Source of the DNA: Trueperaceae bacterium | GTDB taxonomy: Bacteria; Deinococcota; Deinococci; Deinococcales; Trueperaceae | Direction: 5' to 3' | NCBI GenBank assembly: GCA_965214405.1 | Contig: OZ243956.1 | Coordinates: 3,584,001 to 3,648,000 of the forward strand | DNA length: 64,000 nucleotides | Part shown: positions 25,044-35,687 of the stretch, piece after piece | Numbering within the stretch: the stretch's first letter is position 1 | How the letters are laid out: each line of letters opens with the position of its first letter | Made by a program: the position numbers and the translations under genes | The notes under the pieces: generated by a model | What the model was told of the DNA's origin: nothing | Seen by the model: only the letters and a program-made list of their open reading frames with translations | Databases searched by the model: none

Positions 25044-25742
25044 ATGTCTCTTTATACCCCTGCGCGCGTGTTGAAGACTTTGCTTACTCTGACTGCTTTC
25101 TTTGGGTTCGTTAATCTTGTGCTAATAACAATTCAGGACAGGACAGGAGGCGAAATGCTTCCTTATTCTTATCTACTTCATCTCAACGGTGAAAATACCA
25201 TCCCGAGCTGGCTCTCTACGCTGCTTTTGGCGGCAGCGGCAAACTTGCTTTGGCTTATATCTATGTTATCTGCCTATCCTGTTTTGCACTGGCGGTTCCT
25301 GAGCTTCCTCTTTTTCGGGTTATCGCTTGACGAAGCCGTTTCTATTCACGAAAGATTTAACACGCTCTCTCGACTGGGCGGGCCTCTCGGTTCACCAGGT
25401 ATTTTGTACTACTCTTGGGTTCTGGTGGCATTTCCGCTGTTGGGTATTCCTGCCCTTTTTTATAGCCGTTTTCTCCTGCACTTGCCAGCCAGAACGCGCA
25501 CGCTCTTTCTGCTTTCGGCGTTTCTTTACGTCGGAGGAGCCGTGGGTATGGAGATGGTAGGGGGGCTTACTATTTTGGCAGATGGCTGGAACGTTCGTTA
25601 CGAGCTTGCTACCGTGGTGGAGGAGATGCTCGAGCTTTCCGGCGTGAGCCTCTTTATTTACGCGTTGCTTCTCTACTTGCACCCCCTTCTGCAACACGTA
25701 TCAATGGAGCCACAAAGCAGCCGACTTACACATATAAAGTAG
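25044..25742 (+). CDS. Multi-pass membrane protein of unknown function
   Basis: About 6 hydrophobic segments with polar motifs GENTIPSW, SLDEAVSIHE, EEMLELSG. Confidence 0.7.
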   Translation: MSLYTPARVLKTLLTLTAFFGFVNLVLITIQDRTGGEMLPYSYLLHLNGENTIPSWLSTLLLAAAANLLWLISMLSAYPVLHWRFLSFLFFGLSLDEAVSIHERFNTLSRLGGPLGSPGILYYSWVLVAFPLLGIPALFYSRFLLHLPARTRTLFLLSAFLYVGGAVGMEMVGGLTILADGWNVRYELATVVEEMLELSGVSLFIYALLLYLHPLLQHVSMEPQSSRLTHIK

Positions 25743-26100
25743 ATCTTAACATTCTCCTGTGTAGTGCAGGTTATGCGCGCAGTGTAGACACCAAGCTCTA
25801 GTGCAGAAACACGGTGATGTATCTACGAGTAGCTTCCGAAGCGCCTATTTTCCAAGCTCCATCTTCTGAACCAAAGTCGCCTGCACTGCTGCCGCAACCT
25901 CTATCTATTTTAGTTTTTGTCAGGATTGCACCTCAAGACAGCGGTCGGCCTTTAAGGCCGACCGCTCCGCCGCCACCCGGTCAATCCGGGAGGTGCGCCC
26001 CTCTCGCCTTAAATGACAGTAGTTGCCCCAACTTAGCCACAACGCGGAAGTTAATTCAGTTTTCTTACTTTGGGAGTATCATGTCGAGAAAGGGGACCTG

Positions 26101-27054
26101 GTGAACCGTACCGATAGGCTTCTGGCGATGGTGCTCGAGCTGCAAGGCCGCGACCGCGTGACCGCCGAAGAACTCGCCCGCACCTTTGAAGTCACCAAGC
26201 GCACCATCTACCGCGATATTGGGGCGCTGAACGCGTCGGGTGTACCCGTCGTCTCGGCAGCGGGACAAGGGTACTGGCTGATGGAAGGCTACTTTTTGCC
26301 GCCCGTGTCGCTGAGTCCTGACGAGGCCATCATGCTCGTTTTGGGGGGTGAAGTGATGGCGCAGAGTTTTGACGCGCAGTACCAAGAGGCGGCGAAGTCG
26401 GCGAGTCGCAAGATAGAAGCTCTCCTGAGTCGAGATGTTCAAAAAGAAGTGGTGTATCTCAAGGAGAACATTCGTTTTATCGGCCCGGACAGCAAAGTTC
26501 TCTCCGATGTGCCCAGCGCGTTGCAGGGGGTGCGCCGGGCGATTCTCGAGCAAAAAAGCCTCCACCTGCACTACTTCAAACGCGCGGGCGGCTACCGGGG
26601 CGAGCTGACCGAGCGCACGGTCGACCCGCACGGGCTCGTTCACTTCAGAGGGGCTTGGCTGCTCTCGGCTTACTGCCACATGCGTAAAGCCATGCGGATG
26701 TTCAGGCTCGAGCGCATCCGACAAATCACTGTTTTACCCAAAACCTTCACGCGACAAGCGGATTTCAGCGTTTACAAGCTGCATGAGCCGCAGGCGCAGA
26801 CGGTGACGGTGGACCTGCTTTTCGACGGCGAGGTGGCTCAGTGGGTGCGGGAGCGGCCCGCGTTTTATAGCGGCACCTACGAAGACACGCCCGAAGGTCT
26901 CAGAGTGACGCTGAGCGTCGAGCATCCCGACAAACTATTGTCCTGGCTCCTCAGTTGGGGCGCGAAGGTGCGGGTGCTCGGCCCTGAGAGCCTTAAAAAG
27001 CGGGTGCGGGAAGAACTGGGGGGGATGCTCGAGGGCTACTCAAGCGCATACTGA
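26101..27054 (+). CDS. YafY-family HTH-WYL-WCX transcriptional regulator
   Basis: NRTDRL...LARTFEVTKRTIYRDI HTH; WLLSAYCHMR..MRMFRLERI WYL domain; RBS before GTG 26101. Confidence 0.92.
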   Translation: MNRTDRLLAMVLELQGRDRVTAEELARTFEVTKRTIYRDIGALNASGVPVVSAAGQGYWLMEGYFLPPVSLSPDEAIMLVLGGEVMAQSFDAQYQEAAKSASRKIEALLSRDVQKEVVYLKENIRFIGPDSKVLSDVPSALQGVRRAILEQKSLHLHYFKRAGGYRGELTERTVDPHGLVHFRGAWLLSAYCHMRKAMRMFRLERIRQITVLPKTFTRQADFSVYKLHEPQAQTVTVDLLFDGEVAQWVRERPAFYSGTYEDTPEGLRVTLSVEHPDKLLSWLLSWGAKVRVLGPESLKKRVREELGGMLEGYSSAY

Positions 27055-27084
27055 CATAAGGGTGTCACTCGCATACCCTAAATT
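27052..27084 (+). promoter_or_regulatory. Putative WYL-activator operator and promoter
   Basis: TGACA-N6-TGTCA inverted repeat; TGTCAC-N10-TAAATT. Confidence 0.6.
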
Positions 27085-27145
27085 TAGGGGTAGATGGGAC
27101 ACCGGCTAGCCAGCCAAAACTTTTGTCCCGTCACGGAGGTTCAAT

Positions 27146-27511
27146 ATGGCAAGCGCACTCAACTGGTTTGACATTCCTGTCACCGACATGAACCGGGCAA
27201 AAGCGTTTTACGGCGCGCTGTTAGGCGGCGAGCTAACGGTGGAGGCGGTGGGTGAGGAGGGCGCGATGGCGGTCTTGCCCTATCAAAACGGGGTCGGCGG
27301 GGCGCTGATGCAGGGCGACACCTACACGCCGAGTAGAGAAGGCAGCGTCATCTACCTGAACGGTGGTGACGACTTGAGCGTGCCTCTTGGCAAGGTTGAG
27401 GCGGCAGGGGGTAAAGTTCTGGCGGACAGAATGAGCATCGGTAAGAACGGCTTTATTGCCTTTTTCTTGGATACCGAAGGCAACAAAGTTGGCCTACACT
27501 CTGCGGGTTAA
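27146..27511 (+). CDS. VOC/glyoxalase family protein
   Basis: NWFDIPVTDMNRAKAFY...GVGGAL...FLDTEGNKVGLHS. Confidence 0.9.
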   Translation: MASALNWFDIPVTDMNRAKAFYGALLGGELTVEAVGEEGAMAVLPYQNGVGGALMQGDTYTPSREGSVIYLNGGDDLSVPLGKVEAAGGKVLADRMSIGKNGFIAFFLDTEGNKVGLHSAG

Positions 27512-27593
27512 ACCATCCCTAAAAAGAGTGCCCGCAGTCTCTTGAGGGTGACGAGGGGGCGGGATGTCGGCTAAGCGTCAAACCCAGAACATG

Positions 27594-27624
27594 AAAAAGC
27601 GAGCCCTCCACGAGGGCTCGCTTT
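27594..27624 (-). terminator. Intrinsic terminator of the BMP gene (possibly bidirectional)
   Basis: AAAGCGAGCCCTC-CAC-GAGGGCTCGCTTT with the U tract on the minus strand. Confidence 0.75.
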
Positions 27625-27641
27625 GCGAAAAATCTACACGT

Positions 27642-27794
27642 TTACCACTGGCGGTAGCATCGCGTTACCACTGGCGGTAGCATCGCGTTACCACTGGCGG
27701 TAGCATCGCGTTACCACTGGCGGTAGCATCGCGTTACCACTGGCGGTAGCATCGCGTTACTGCTGGCGGTAGCATCGCGTTACTGCTGGCGGTA
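27642..27794. repeat. 23-bp tandem repeat, 6 full units plus a partial one overlapping the BMP gene 3' end
   Basis: TTACCACTGGCGGTAGCATCGCG x5 (starts 27642, 27665, 27688, 27711, 27734), variant TTACTGCTGGCGGTAGCATCGCG at 27757, partial at 27780; no spacers. Confidence 0.97.
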
Positions 27795-28925
27795 ATCCGT
27801 CACCGTGATGTCACCGTTTACAATTTGCTGCGTGACGGTCTCGAGCTCACTCACCAGCTCTTGCGGGATGAGCGCCTGGTTGTAATCATCAAGCGCGTAA
27901 CCCACGCCGTCCTCGGCGAGTCCTAAACTCTGAACGCCGCCCTCGAAGGTGCCCTTAACAACGTTGTCAACCGCGTTGGCCGCGGCCACGTCCACGCGCT
28001 TGAGCATACTGGTGAGGCCGAAGTTGAGCGTCGCCGGGTCCCCGTCGGTGTCACCCAGCGGGTTCTGGTTCGAGTCGACGCCGATAAAGAACAGCGGCTG
28101 GTCGCTTTCGCTACACGCGCTCGAGTAGTTGGCAGGCTTACTGATACCTGCAACCGCGCTCGTCAGGGGCGTTTCGCGCGCGGTCGCGCCGCTCGGCAAA
28201 CTCGCCGGGCTGTAGCACATCGTCTCGGTTACAAAGTCGATGACCCCGTTGCCCGACGCGCCCGCCGCCGCGTAGATAACGTCCGCGCCCTGCGCTTGCT
28301 GGATGGTGGCAAGCTCTTTGGCCCGCGCGGGGTCGTTCCAGGCCGCGGGCGTCGAGCCGATAAAGTTTTGAATCACCGTGCAGTCGGGGCAGGCGGCCCT
28401 GGCACCCTGCTCGTAGCCGGAGCCAAAGGCGCGAATGAGGGGAATGTCCATCCCGCCGACAAAGCCGACCACGCCCGTTTGGGAGAGCGTGCCCGCGATG
28501 TAGCCGACCAAAAAGGAGCCCTCGTGCTCACGGAAGCCCACGTAAAGCGTGTTGGGGTTGGGCGTTTCGTTAAAGCCGTCGATGTTGACGAAGTAGGTGT
28601 CGGGAAATTCGCTCGAGATGCTCTGAATCGCGTCGGCCTGCGAGAATCCTGGGGCCACCACCAGTTCGGCCCCCTGTTGGGCCATGCTGCGCAGACCTTG
28701 CGCGAAGGTGTCGGGTGAGCCCTCGAACTCCAAAAGCTCGATGTCTAAACTCTGGCTCTGCTCCAGGCCCTCGATCTCGCCGCTCATGCCGCGCCAGGTG
28801 CCCTCGTTAAACGACCTGTCGAACTTGCCGCCCGCGTCGAAGTTGATGCCCATGACGTAATCTTGCGCCGTCGCCAGCCCCAGTGTCAGGCCCAGCGCAA
28901 GGGTAAGTAGAAGCGTTTTACGCAT
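27780..28925 (-). CDS. BMP-family (nucleoside-type) ABC transporter substrate-binding protein
   Basis: GGKFDRSFN, FREHEGSFLVG, GFVGGMD, ADVIYAAAG, IGVDSNQ, SMLKRVD; signal peptide without a lipobox. Confidence 0.92.
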   Translation of the reverse strand: MRKTLLLTLALGLTLGLATAQDYVMGINFDAGGKFDRSFNEGTWRGMSGEIEGLEQSQSLDIELLEFEGSPDTFAQGLRSMAQQGAELVVAPGFSQADAIQSISSEFPDTYFVNIDGFNETPNPNTLYVGFREHEGSFLVGYIAGTLSQTGVVGFVGGMDIPLIRAFGSGYEQGARAACPDCTVIQNFIGSTPAAWNDPARAKELATIQQAQGADVIYAAAGASGNGVIDFVTETMCYSPASLPSGATARETPLTSAVAGISKPANYSSACSESDQPLFFIGVDSNQNPLGDTDGDPATLNFGLTSMLKRVDVAAANAVDNVVKGTFEGGVQSLGLAEDGVGYALDDYNQALIPQELVSELETVTQQIVNGDITVTDYRQQ

Positions 28926-29130
28926 CGTTCCTCCTTAGAAATGTTGTTGCCCTCTCCGGATTTGTGCCCGGAAAGAGTATAGCACGGGGCTCGCGCCTCC
29001 TCCCGTTCCCCTTGAGGCGTCTAAAGAAATGATGAAGTGTTGAGACTGGGTTATGGCTGCTCGAGCCTCGCCCGCGCGGTGGCGGCTCGGCGTCGCCCTC
29101 CAAAAGTCCGCTTCCTTGTAAACTTAGGAC

Positions 29131-29556
29131 GTGTCGACCAATCATAAACCCCATCCCAAATATAAGCCTCAGCGAAAAGACACGCCCATCCGCGACTTCG
29201 GTCTCATCGTCCGGCGCTTTTTCTCCACCACCTTTGGCGGGCGTTGCCCCGTTTGTGCCGAAGGGCGCGTTGCTAAAAACTGGTTTCAAAATTTTGATAA
29301 GTGCGACCGCTGCGGCGCGCGTTTTGAGCGCGGCGACTGGGGCAACTGGCTTATTGCGGCGGTGCTCAACTATTTTATCAACGCGGTTGTCTTGATAGGG
29401 ACCGCTATTTTGCTCGTGCTCAGGTGGGGCTTTTTTCCGGGGCTGACCGCGCTTCTGGTGGGCGTAGCCGTCGTGACGGCCTTGCTCATCTACCGCCCGG
29501 TCAAGTCGCTCGCGGTGTGGATGGTGTGGGTTTTGGGGTTTATCTATCCGGACTGA
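29131..29556 (+). CDS. DUF983-family membrane protein
   Basis: RCPVCAEG...CDRCG followed by two TM helices and RPVKS. Confidence 0.75.
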   Translation: MSTNHKPHPKYKPQRKDTPIRDFGLIVRRFFSTTFGGRCPVCAEGRVAKNWFQNFDKCDRCGARFERGDWGNWLIAAVLNYFINAVVLIGTAILLVLRWGFFPGLTALLVGVAVVTALLIYRPVKSLAVWMVWVLGFIYPD

Positions 29557-29939
29557 ACCGGCTCTGGTACCCCTTGCGCCACAAAGCGAGAACTCAACCC
29601 GCGCTGAAGGAGAGACGACACGAGCGCGTTGAGGCTTACCCCCTTCTCCTGCGCCCTTTCGGTAAGCTCACGGTGCAAGCTCTTGGGCACCCTCACGTTG
29701 AACTTGCCGCTGTAGTCCTTTGCGCCATGCGGTTCGGGGACGGGGTAGTCGCCGTGCTCTAAGTGGGACTCGAGCATAAGCTCCTTGCTGACGTTCGCTT
29801 CTTCTACCGCTTCTTCGATCGTGGGGGCGTCGCCGTGCGCGCCTAACTCGGGATACTGCGCGTAGTAGCCGCCCTCTTTCAGCGGAACGATGACGAGCTT
29901 GTAGGGTAAGTTTAGGTAATCGCTGATACCTTTGTTCAT
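29544..29939 (-). CDS. hicB: HicB family antitoxin with RHH C-terminus (no adjacent hicA)
   Basis: YLNLPY...GGYYAQYPEL...YSGKFNVRVPKSLHRELTERAQEKGVSLN. Confidence 0.85.
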   Translation of the reverse strand: MNKGISDYLNLPYKLVIVPLKEGGYYAQYPELGAHGDAPTIEEAVEEANVSKELMLESHLEHGDYPVPEPHGAKDYSGKFNVRVPKSLHRELTERAQEKGVSLNALVSSLLQRGLSSRFVAQGVPEPVQSG

Positions 29940-29995
29940 GTCTCCTCAATTATCTCACACACGTGTTCATTAATGGTACCCGGCACGGGGTGTAA

Positions 29996-32059
<2,064 letters not shown>

Positions 32060-32254
32060 AGTGAAGCTCCTCGCACTCCTCAAGACGCACGCTACGTGTA
32101 AAGCTTCGCTTGGGTGTCACTTCGGCGTCCTTTAGACTGTAAGGGTTAAGAATCAGAACTGTGGGGGTTGAGAGGTCACCACGATGCGCAGCACGTCCAC
32201 GAATCAACATGGCGCCTATGGCACCGGCACGAGAGCGTACAGTGTAGGAACGCG

Positions 32255-33424
32255 GTGAGAGAGGGCTTGGGTCAGCTTTCAGACTTTTTTGTGCGACTCT
32301 TTTCCGAGTTGCGGCGTAGCCTCCTAGAGACCGTCGGCCTTTTCAACCAGGGTGACGACCGCCTAACGGGGATGCTGGCGGGCTTTCTCACCCAAATTAT
32401 CGTCTCGCTCCTGCTGCTGCTCCTTTTCTGGGGCGCTTACTGGCTCCTTAGCCGGGCGCTGCGCACGGTGGTAGCGCGCTCTCGTATAAGCCAGGAAGCG
32501 GTCAGCCCGCTGCGAATGGCGCTGCGTTACGCGCTCTCGCTCCTCGCGCTCTTGTCGGTCATGTCGCAGTTCGGCATCTCGCCGTTTGTTACGACCAACG
32601 TCGCGCAGGGGGCGCTCATTGCGTTTGTGTTCTACATCGGCTGGCTCGTGCTCAACCGGCTCCTCACCAACACGGCAAAGCGTTACCGCCTAGACGGCTC
32701 CATCGAACAGCTCCTTCGCAACGTCGTCTCGGTGGTGCTCATGGCCTTTGGCGTGGCCGCGGTGCTCGCGCAGTTCGGCATCCAAATTTTGAGCGTCATC
32801 GCGGGTTTGGGTATTGTGGGTATCGCGGTGGGTTTCGCGGCGCAAGAAACCCTGTCGAACTTTATCGCGGGCGTTACGCTCTTAGTCGAGCGCCCCTTTC
32901 GCATCGGCGACTGGGTCGAGATCAACGGCCAGACGGGCAAGGTGCGCGAGATAACTCTACGCACTACCCGCTTGCGGAGCCGCGACAACGTCGTGATGGC
33001 GATTCCCAACGCCAGCGTCGCCTCGTCTGACATTGTGAATTACAGCGCGGGCGGACCTCTGCGGGTGCGTATCCCCGTCGGCATCGCCTACAAAGAATCC
33101 GCCAAGCGCGCTCGAGAGGTGATGCTGCCCGTTATCCGCGCCAACGAGATGATTATGACGCGCTTGGGCTTAGGCCCCACCGTGCTGATGAGCGAACTCG
33201 GCGACTCGTCGGTGAATCTAGACATCTTCTACTGGATCGAGCCCGACCACATTGACGTGCAGCCGCGCATCTCCGCGGAGATTTTGGAGGCGTGCAAAGA
33301 GGCCCTGGACGACGCCGGGATAGAGATTCCCTTCCCGCACCTCCAGCTCTTTATCGACGAGGCCAAGGGACTCAAATCGCTCGTCGAACCCCTTTATACC
33401 GAGCGCGTGCAGGGTCAGGCTTAG
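32255..33424 (+). CDS. MscS-family mechanosensitive channel
   Basis: GLGIVGIAVGFAAQETLSNFIAG, RPFRIGD, GIEIPFP; start uncertain. Confidence 0.88.
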   Translation: MREGLGQLSDFFVRLFSELRRSLLETVGLFNQGDDRLTGMLAGFLTQIIVSLLLLLLFWGAYWLLSRALRTVVARSRISQEAVSPLRMALRYALSLLALLSVMSQFGISPFVTTNVAQGALIAFVFYIGWLVLNRLLTNTAKRYRLDGSIEQLLRNVVSVVLMAFGVAAVLAQFGIQILSVIAGLGIVGIAVGFAAQETLSNFIAGVTLLVERPFRIGDWVEINGQTGKVREITLRTTRLRSRDNVVMAIPNASVASSDIVNYSAGGPLRVRIPVGIAYKESAKRAREVMLPVIRANEMIMTRLGLGPTVLMSELGDSSVNLDIFYWIEPDHIDVQPRISAEILEACKEALDDAGIEIPFPHLQLFIDEAKGLKSLVEPLYTERVQGQA

Positions 33425-33546
33425 AGCATCATCCGGTAGACAATCTCACCCACATCGTCGTCCGCGACGGTGTCTAATGATGCAAAGTCGGCTTGGCGTT
33501 TACAAGAGTTTTTTGTTTGAGTGCTTATGCTGCTACACTTTTGAAT

Positions 33547-34092
33547 GTGGTTGAACCCGTTGAAATTCACGAATACAACCCCTCGTGGAAAGAGGAGTTT
33601 AGGCGCATCGGCTTACGTTTACGCGACTCACTCGGTGACGTTGCCCGCCGCATCGACCATATCGGCTCCACGTCCGTCGAGGGTTTGGCGGCCAAACCCG
33701 TCATCGACATCCAGATTTCGGTGCGGCGGCTCGAGCCCATGACGCTCTACCTGCCCCAACTGGAAGCGTTGGGTTATGTGTGGCGTAGCGACAACCCCGA
33801 GCGAACCAAGCGCTACTTCCGCGAGCCTCCGCAGGAACGGCGCACCCACATCCACGTTCGTAAATTAGGAAGCTGGCACGAACAATTTGCGCTTCTCTTT
33901 CGAGACTACATCCGCCTACACAAGGATGACCAGCGTAAATATGAGGCGACGAAAAAGGAACTGGCCGTCCGGTACCGGCTCGAGCGACACAAATATGTCG
34001 ACGCCAAAGAGGATATCTTCTGGGAAATCATAAAGCGCGCCGACGGGTGGGCCGCCGACACGGGCTGGGACGTGGGCGCTTCAGATGTGTGA
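33547..34092 (+). CDS. GrpB family (UPF0157) protein
   Basis: RIDHIGSTSVEGLAAKPVIDI, THIHV, LLFRDY. Confidence 0.88.
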   Translation: MVEPVEIHEYNPSWKEEFRRIGLRLRDSLGDVARRIDHIGSTSVEGLAAKPVIDIQISVRRLEPMTLYLPQLEALGYVWRSDNPERTKRYFREPPQERRTHIHVRKLGSWHEQFALLFRDYIRLHKDDQRKYEATKKELAVRYRLERHKYVDAKEDIFWEIIKRADGWAADTGWDVGASDV

Positions 34093-34175
34093 GGACGTGC
34101 GCCTGGTATAGAACCTTACCGTCTCCTTAGGAAGCAGCGCGTATAGTGAGAGGTGCGATTTTTCCTGGAGGACGT

Positions 34176-35534
34176 ATGAAACGATGGTGGTTCGTGGCTG
34201 TGCTGGTGGCGGGTCTTTCCGTCGCGGCGGTGAACGCGCAGTTTTCCAACAATTTTTCAGACGAATTTTTGAATAGCCCCGCGGGAGAGGCGTTTATCCA
34301 GTCCTACGGCGCGCTCAAATCGAATTATTTAGACCAGGTCGATGACGACACGGTGATTCAGGGGGCGATTCAGGGCATGTTAGACGCGCTCGAGGATCCC
34401 TACACGAGCTACGCCGACCCGAGCCAGACCGCGCGGCGCAACGAGGACATGGCGGGCTCGTTCGAGGGCATCGGCGCGGTGCTCCAGCCGCGCAACCGCG
34501 AGGAGCGCACCACGGTCGAAATCATCAACGTCTACCGCGGCGGCCCCGCCTGGAACGCGGGCGTGCAGCGCGGCGACATTTTCGCCGAGGTCGACGGTGA
34601 AAGTGTTGAAGACGCGACCATTGACGACATCGTTAGTAAGGTGCGCGGGCCGCGCGGCACCGAGGTCGAACTCGGGATGCGCCGCCCCGGTAGTGACGAC
34701 CTGGTGCGTTTCACCATTGAGCGTGACACGATTCAAATTGTGGACGTCGACTCGACGATGCTGCCCAACAACGTCGGTTACGTGAGCATCCGTTCGTTCG
34801 GCAACCAGCGCGTGTACGACCAGCTCACCGAGCAGCTTGCCAAACTCAAAGAACAAGGCGCGACCTCGCTCGTTCTCGACCTGCGTGACAATCCGGGCGG
34901 TTTGTTGACTCAGGGTATCCTCGTGTCGGACGAATTTCTGACGGAAGGCGACATCGTGTTTCAGCGCGCGCGGGGCGTGACGCAGCGCCTCGCCACGGCG
35001 GACGAGGCCGCCTTTGACCTGCCGATGGTGGTGATCATCAATAAAAATTCGGCCTCCGCCTCGGAGATCGTGGCGGGCGCGCTGCAAGACAACGGTCGGG
35101 CGCTCGTCGTCGGCGAGGAGAGCTTCGGCAAGGGCGTGGGGCAGAGCGTGCTGCCGCTTTCAAACGGCGGGCAGCTCACCTACCTGTCGTTCGAGTGGCT
35201 TACCCCGGACCGCCGCAGCATCAACAAAGAGGGCGTCAAACCGGATATCGAAGCCGAAGACACGCGCTTTCCCAATGTTATTTCGGTCCAGGGTCAGGGC
35301 GCAGAGCCCGGTCAAGAAGTAGAGGTCTTGGTAGGAGGCAACGCCGTCGGCACCGCCACCGCCGACGAAGAGGGCAACTTCTCCTTTTACGAAGCGCAGG
35401 CGCGGCCCGAGCAGAGCGACACGCAGGGCCAGGCGCTTGTCAACCTAGAGACGGACAACGCGCTCAAAGTCGCCTACCAGACCGTATTGGGTTTAGACGA
35501 AAAGGAACCGACGACCGCGAGCAAAACGCAGTAA
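34176..35534 (+). CDS. S41 carboxy-terminal processing protease (PDZ)
   Basis: DPYT, FEGIG, LDLRDNPGG, SASASEI, FGKG; signal peptide; RBS GGAGG. Confidence 0.92.
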   Translation: MKRWWFVAVLVAGLSVAAVNAQFSNNFSDEFLNSPAGEAFIQSYGALKSNYLDQVDDDTVIQGAIQGMLDALEDPYTSYADPSQTARRNEDMAGSFEGIGAVLQPRNREERTTVEIINVYRGGPAWNAGVQRGDIFAEVDGESVEDATIDDIVSKVRGPRGTEVELGMRRPGSDDLVRFTIERDTIQIVDVDSTMLPNNVGYVSIRSFGNQRVYDQLTEQLAKLKEQGATSLVLDLRDNPGGLLTQGILVSDEFLTEGDIVFQRARGVTQRLATADEAAFDLPMVVIINKNSASASEIVAGALQDNGRALVVGEESFGKGVGQSVLPLSNGGQLTYLSFEWLTPDRRSINKEGVKPDIEAEDTRFPNVISVQGQGAEPGQEVEVLVGGNAVGTATADEEGNFSFYEAQARPEQSDTQGQALVNLETDNALKVAYQTVLGLDEKEPTTASKTQ

Positions 35535-35605
35535 GCCGAGGCGCCGTCGGTTGGGGCTCGAGACGCGTAAACATTCAAAAAAGGTACGTCCTAACGCTTC
35601 GCATC

Positions 35606-35637
35606 AGGCTCGAGATATCTTCGGATGTCTCGAGCCT
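35606..35637. terminator. Hairpin between convergent S41 protease and uxaC genes
   Basis: AGGCTCGAGATATC-TTCG-GATGTCTCGAGCCT followed by T-rich sequence. Confidence 0.6.
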
Positions 35638-35687
35638 TTCCTTTACCTTTCAAATCCTGTAATTGCGTCTAATGGCTTTTAGAATCT

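Noticed and set aside
27643..27659. Repeat unit resembles phage lambda OL1 (TACCACTGGCGGT, first 13 nt identical as I recall the operator)
   Set aside because: The unit is explained by duplication of the BMP stop region plus a 2-nt change, and there is no prophage context; treated as coincidence.
27642..27794. Repeat array as a CRISPR array
   Set aside because: Units are head-to-tail with no unique spacers, derive from the adjacent gene end, and no cas genes are in the window.
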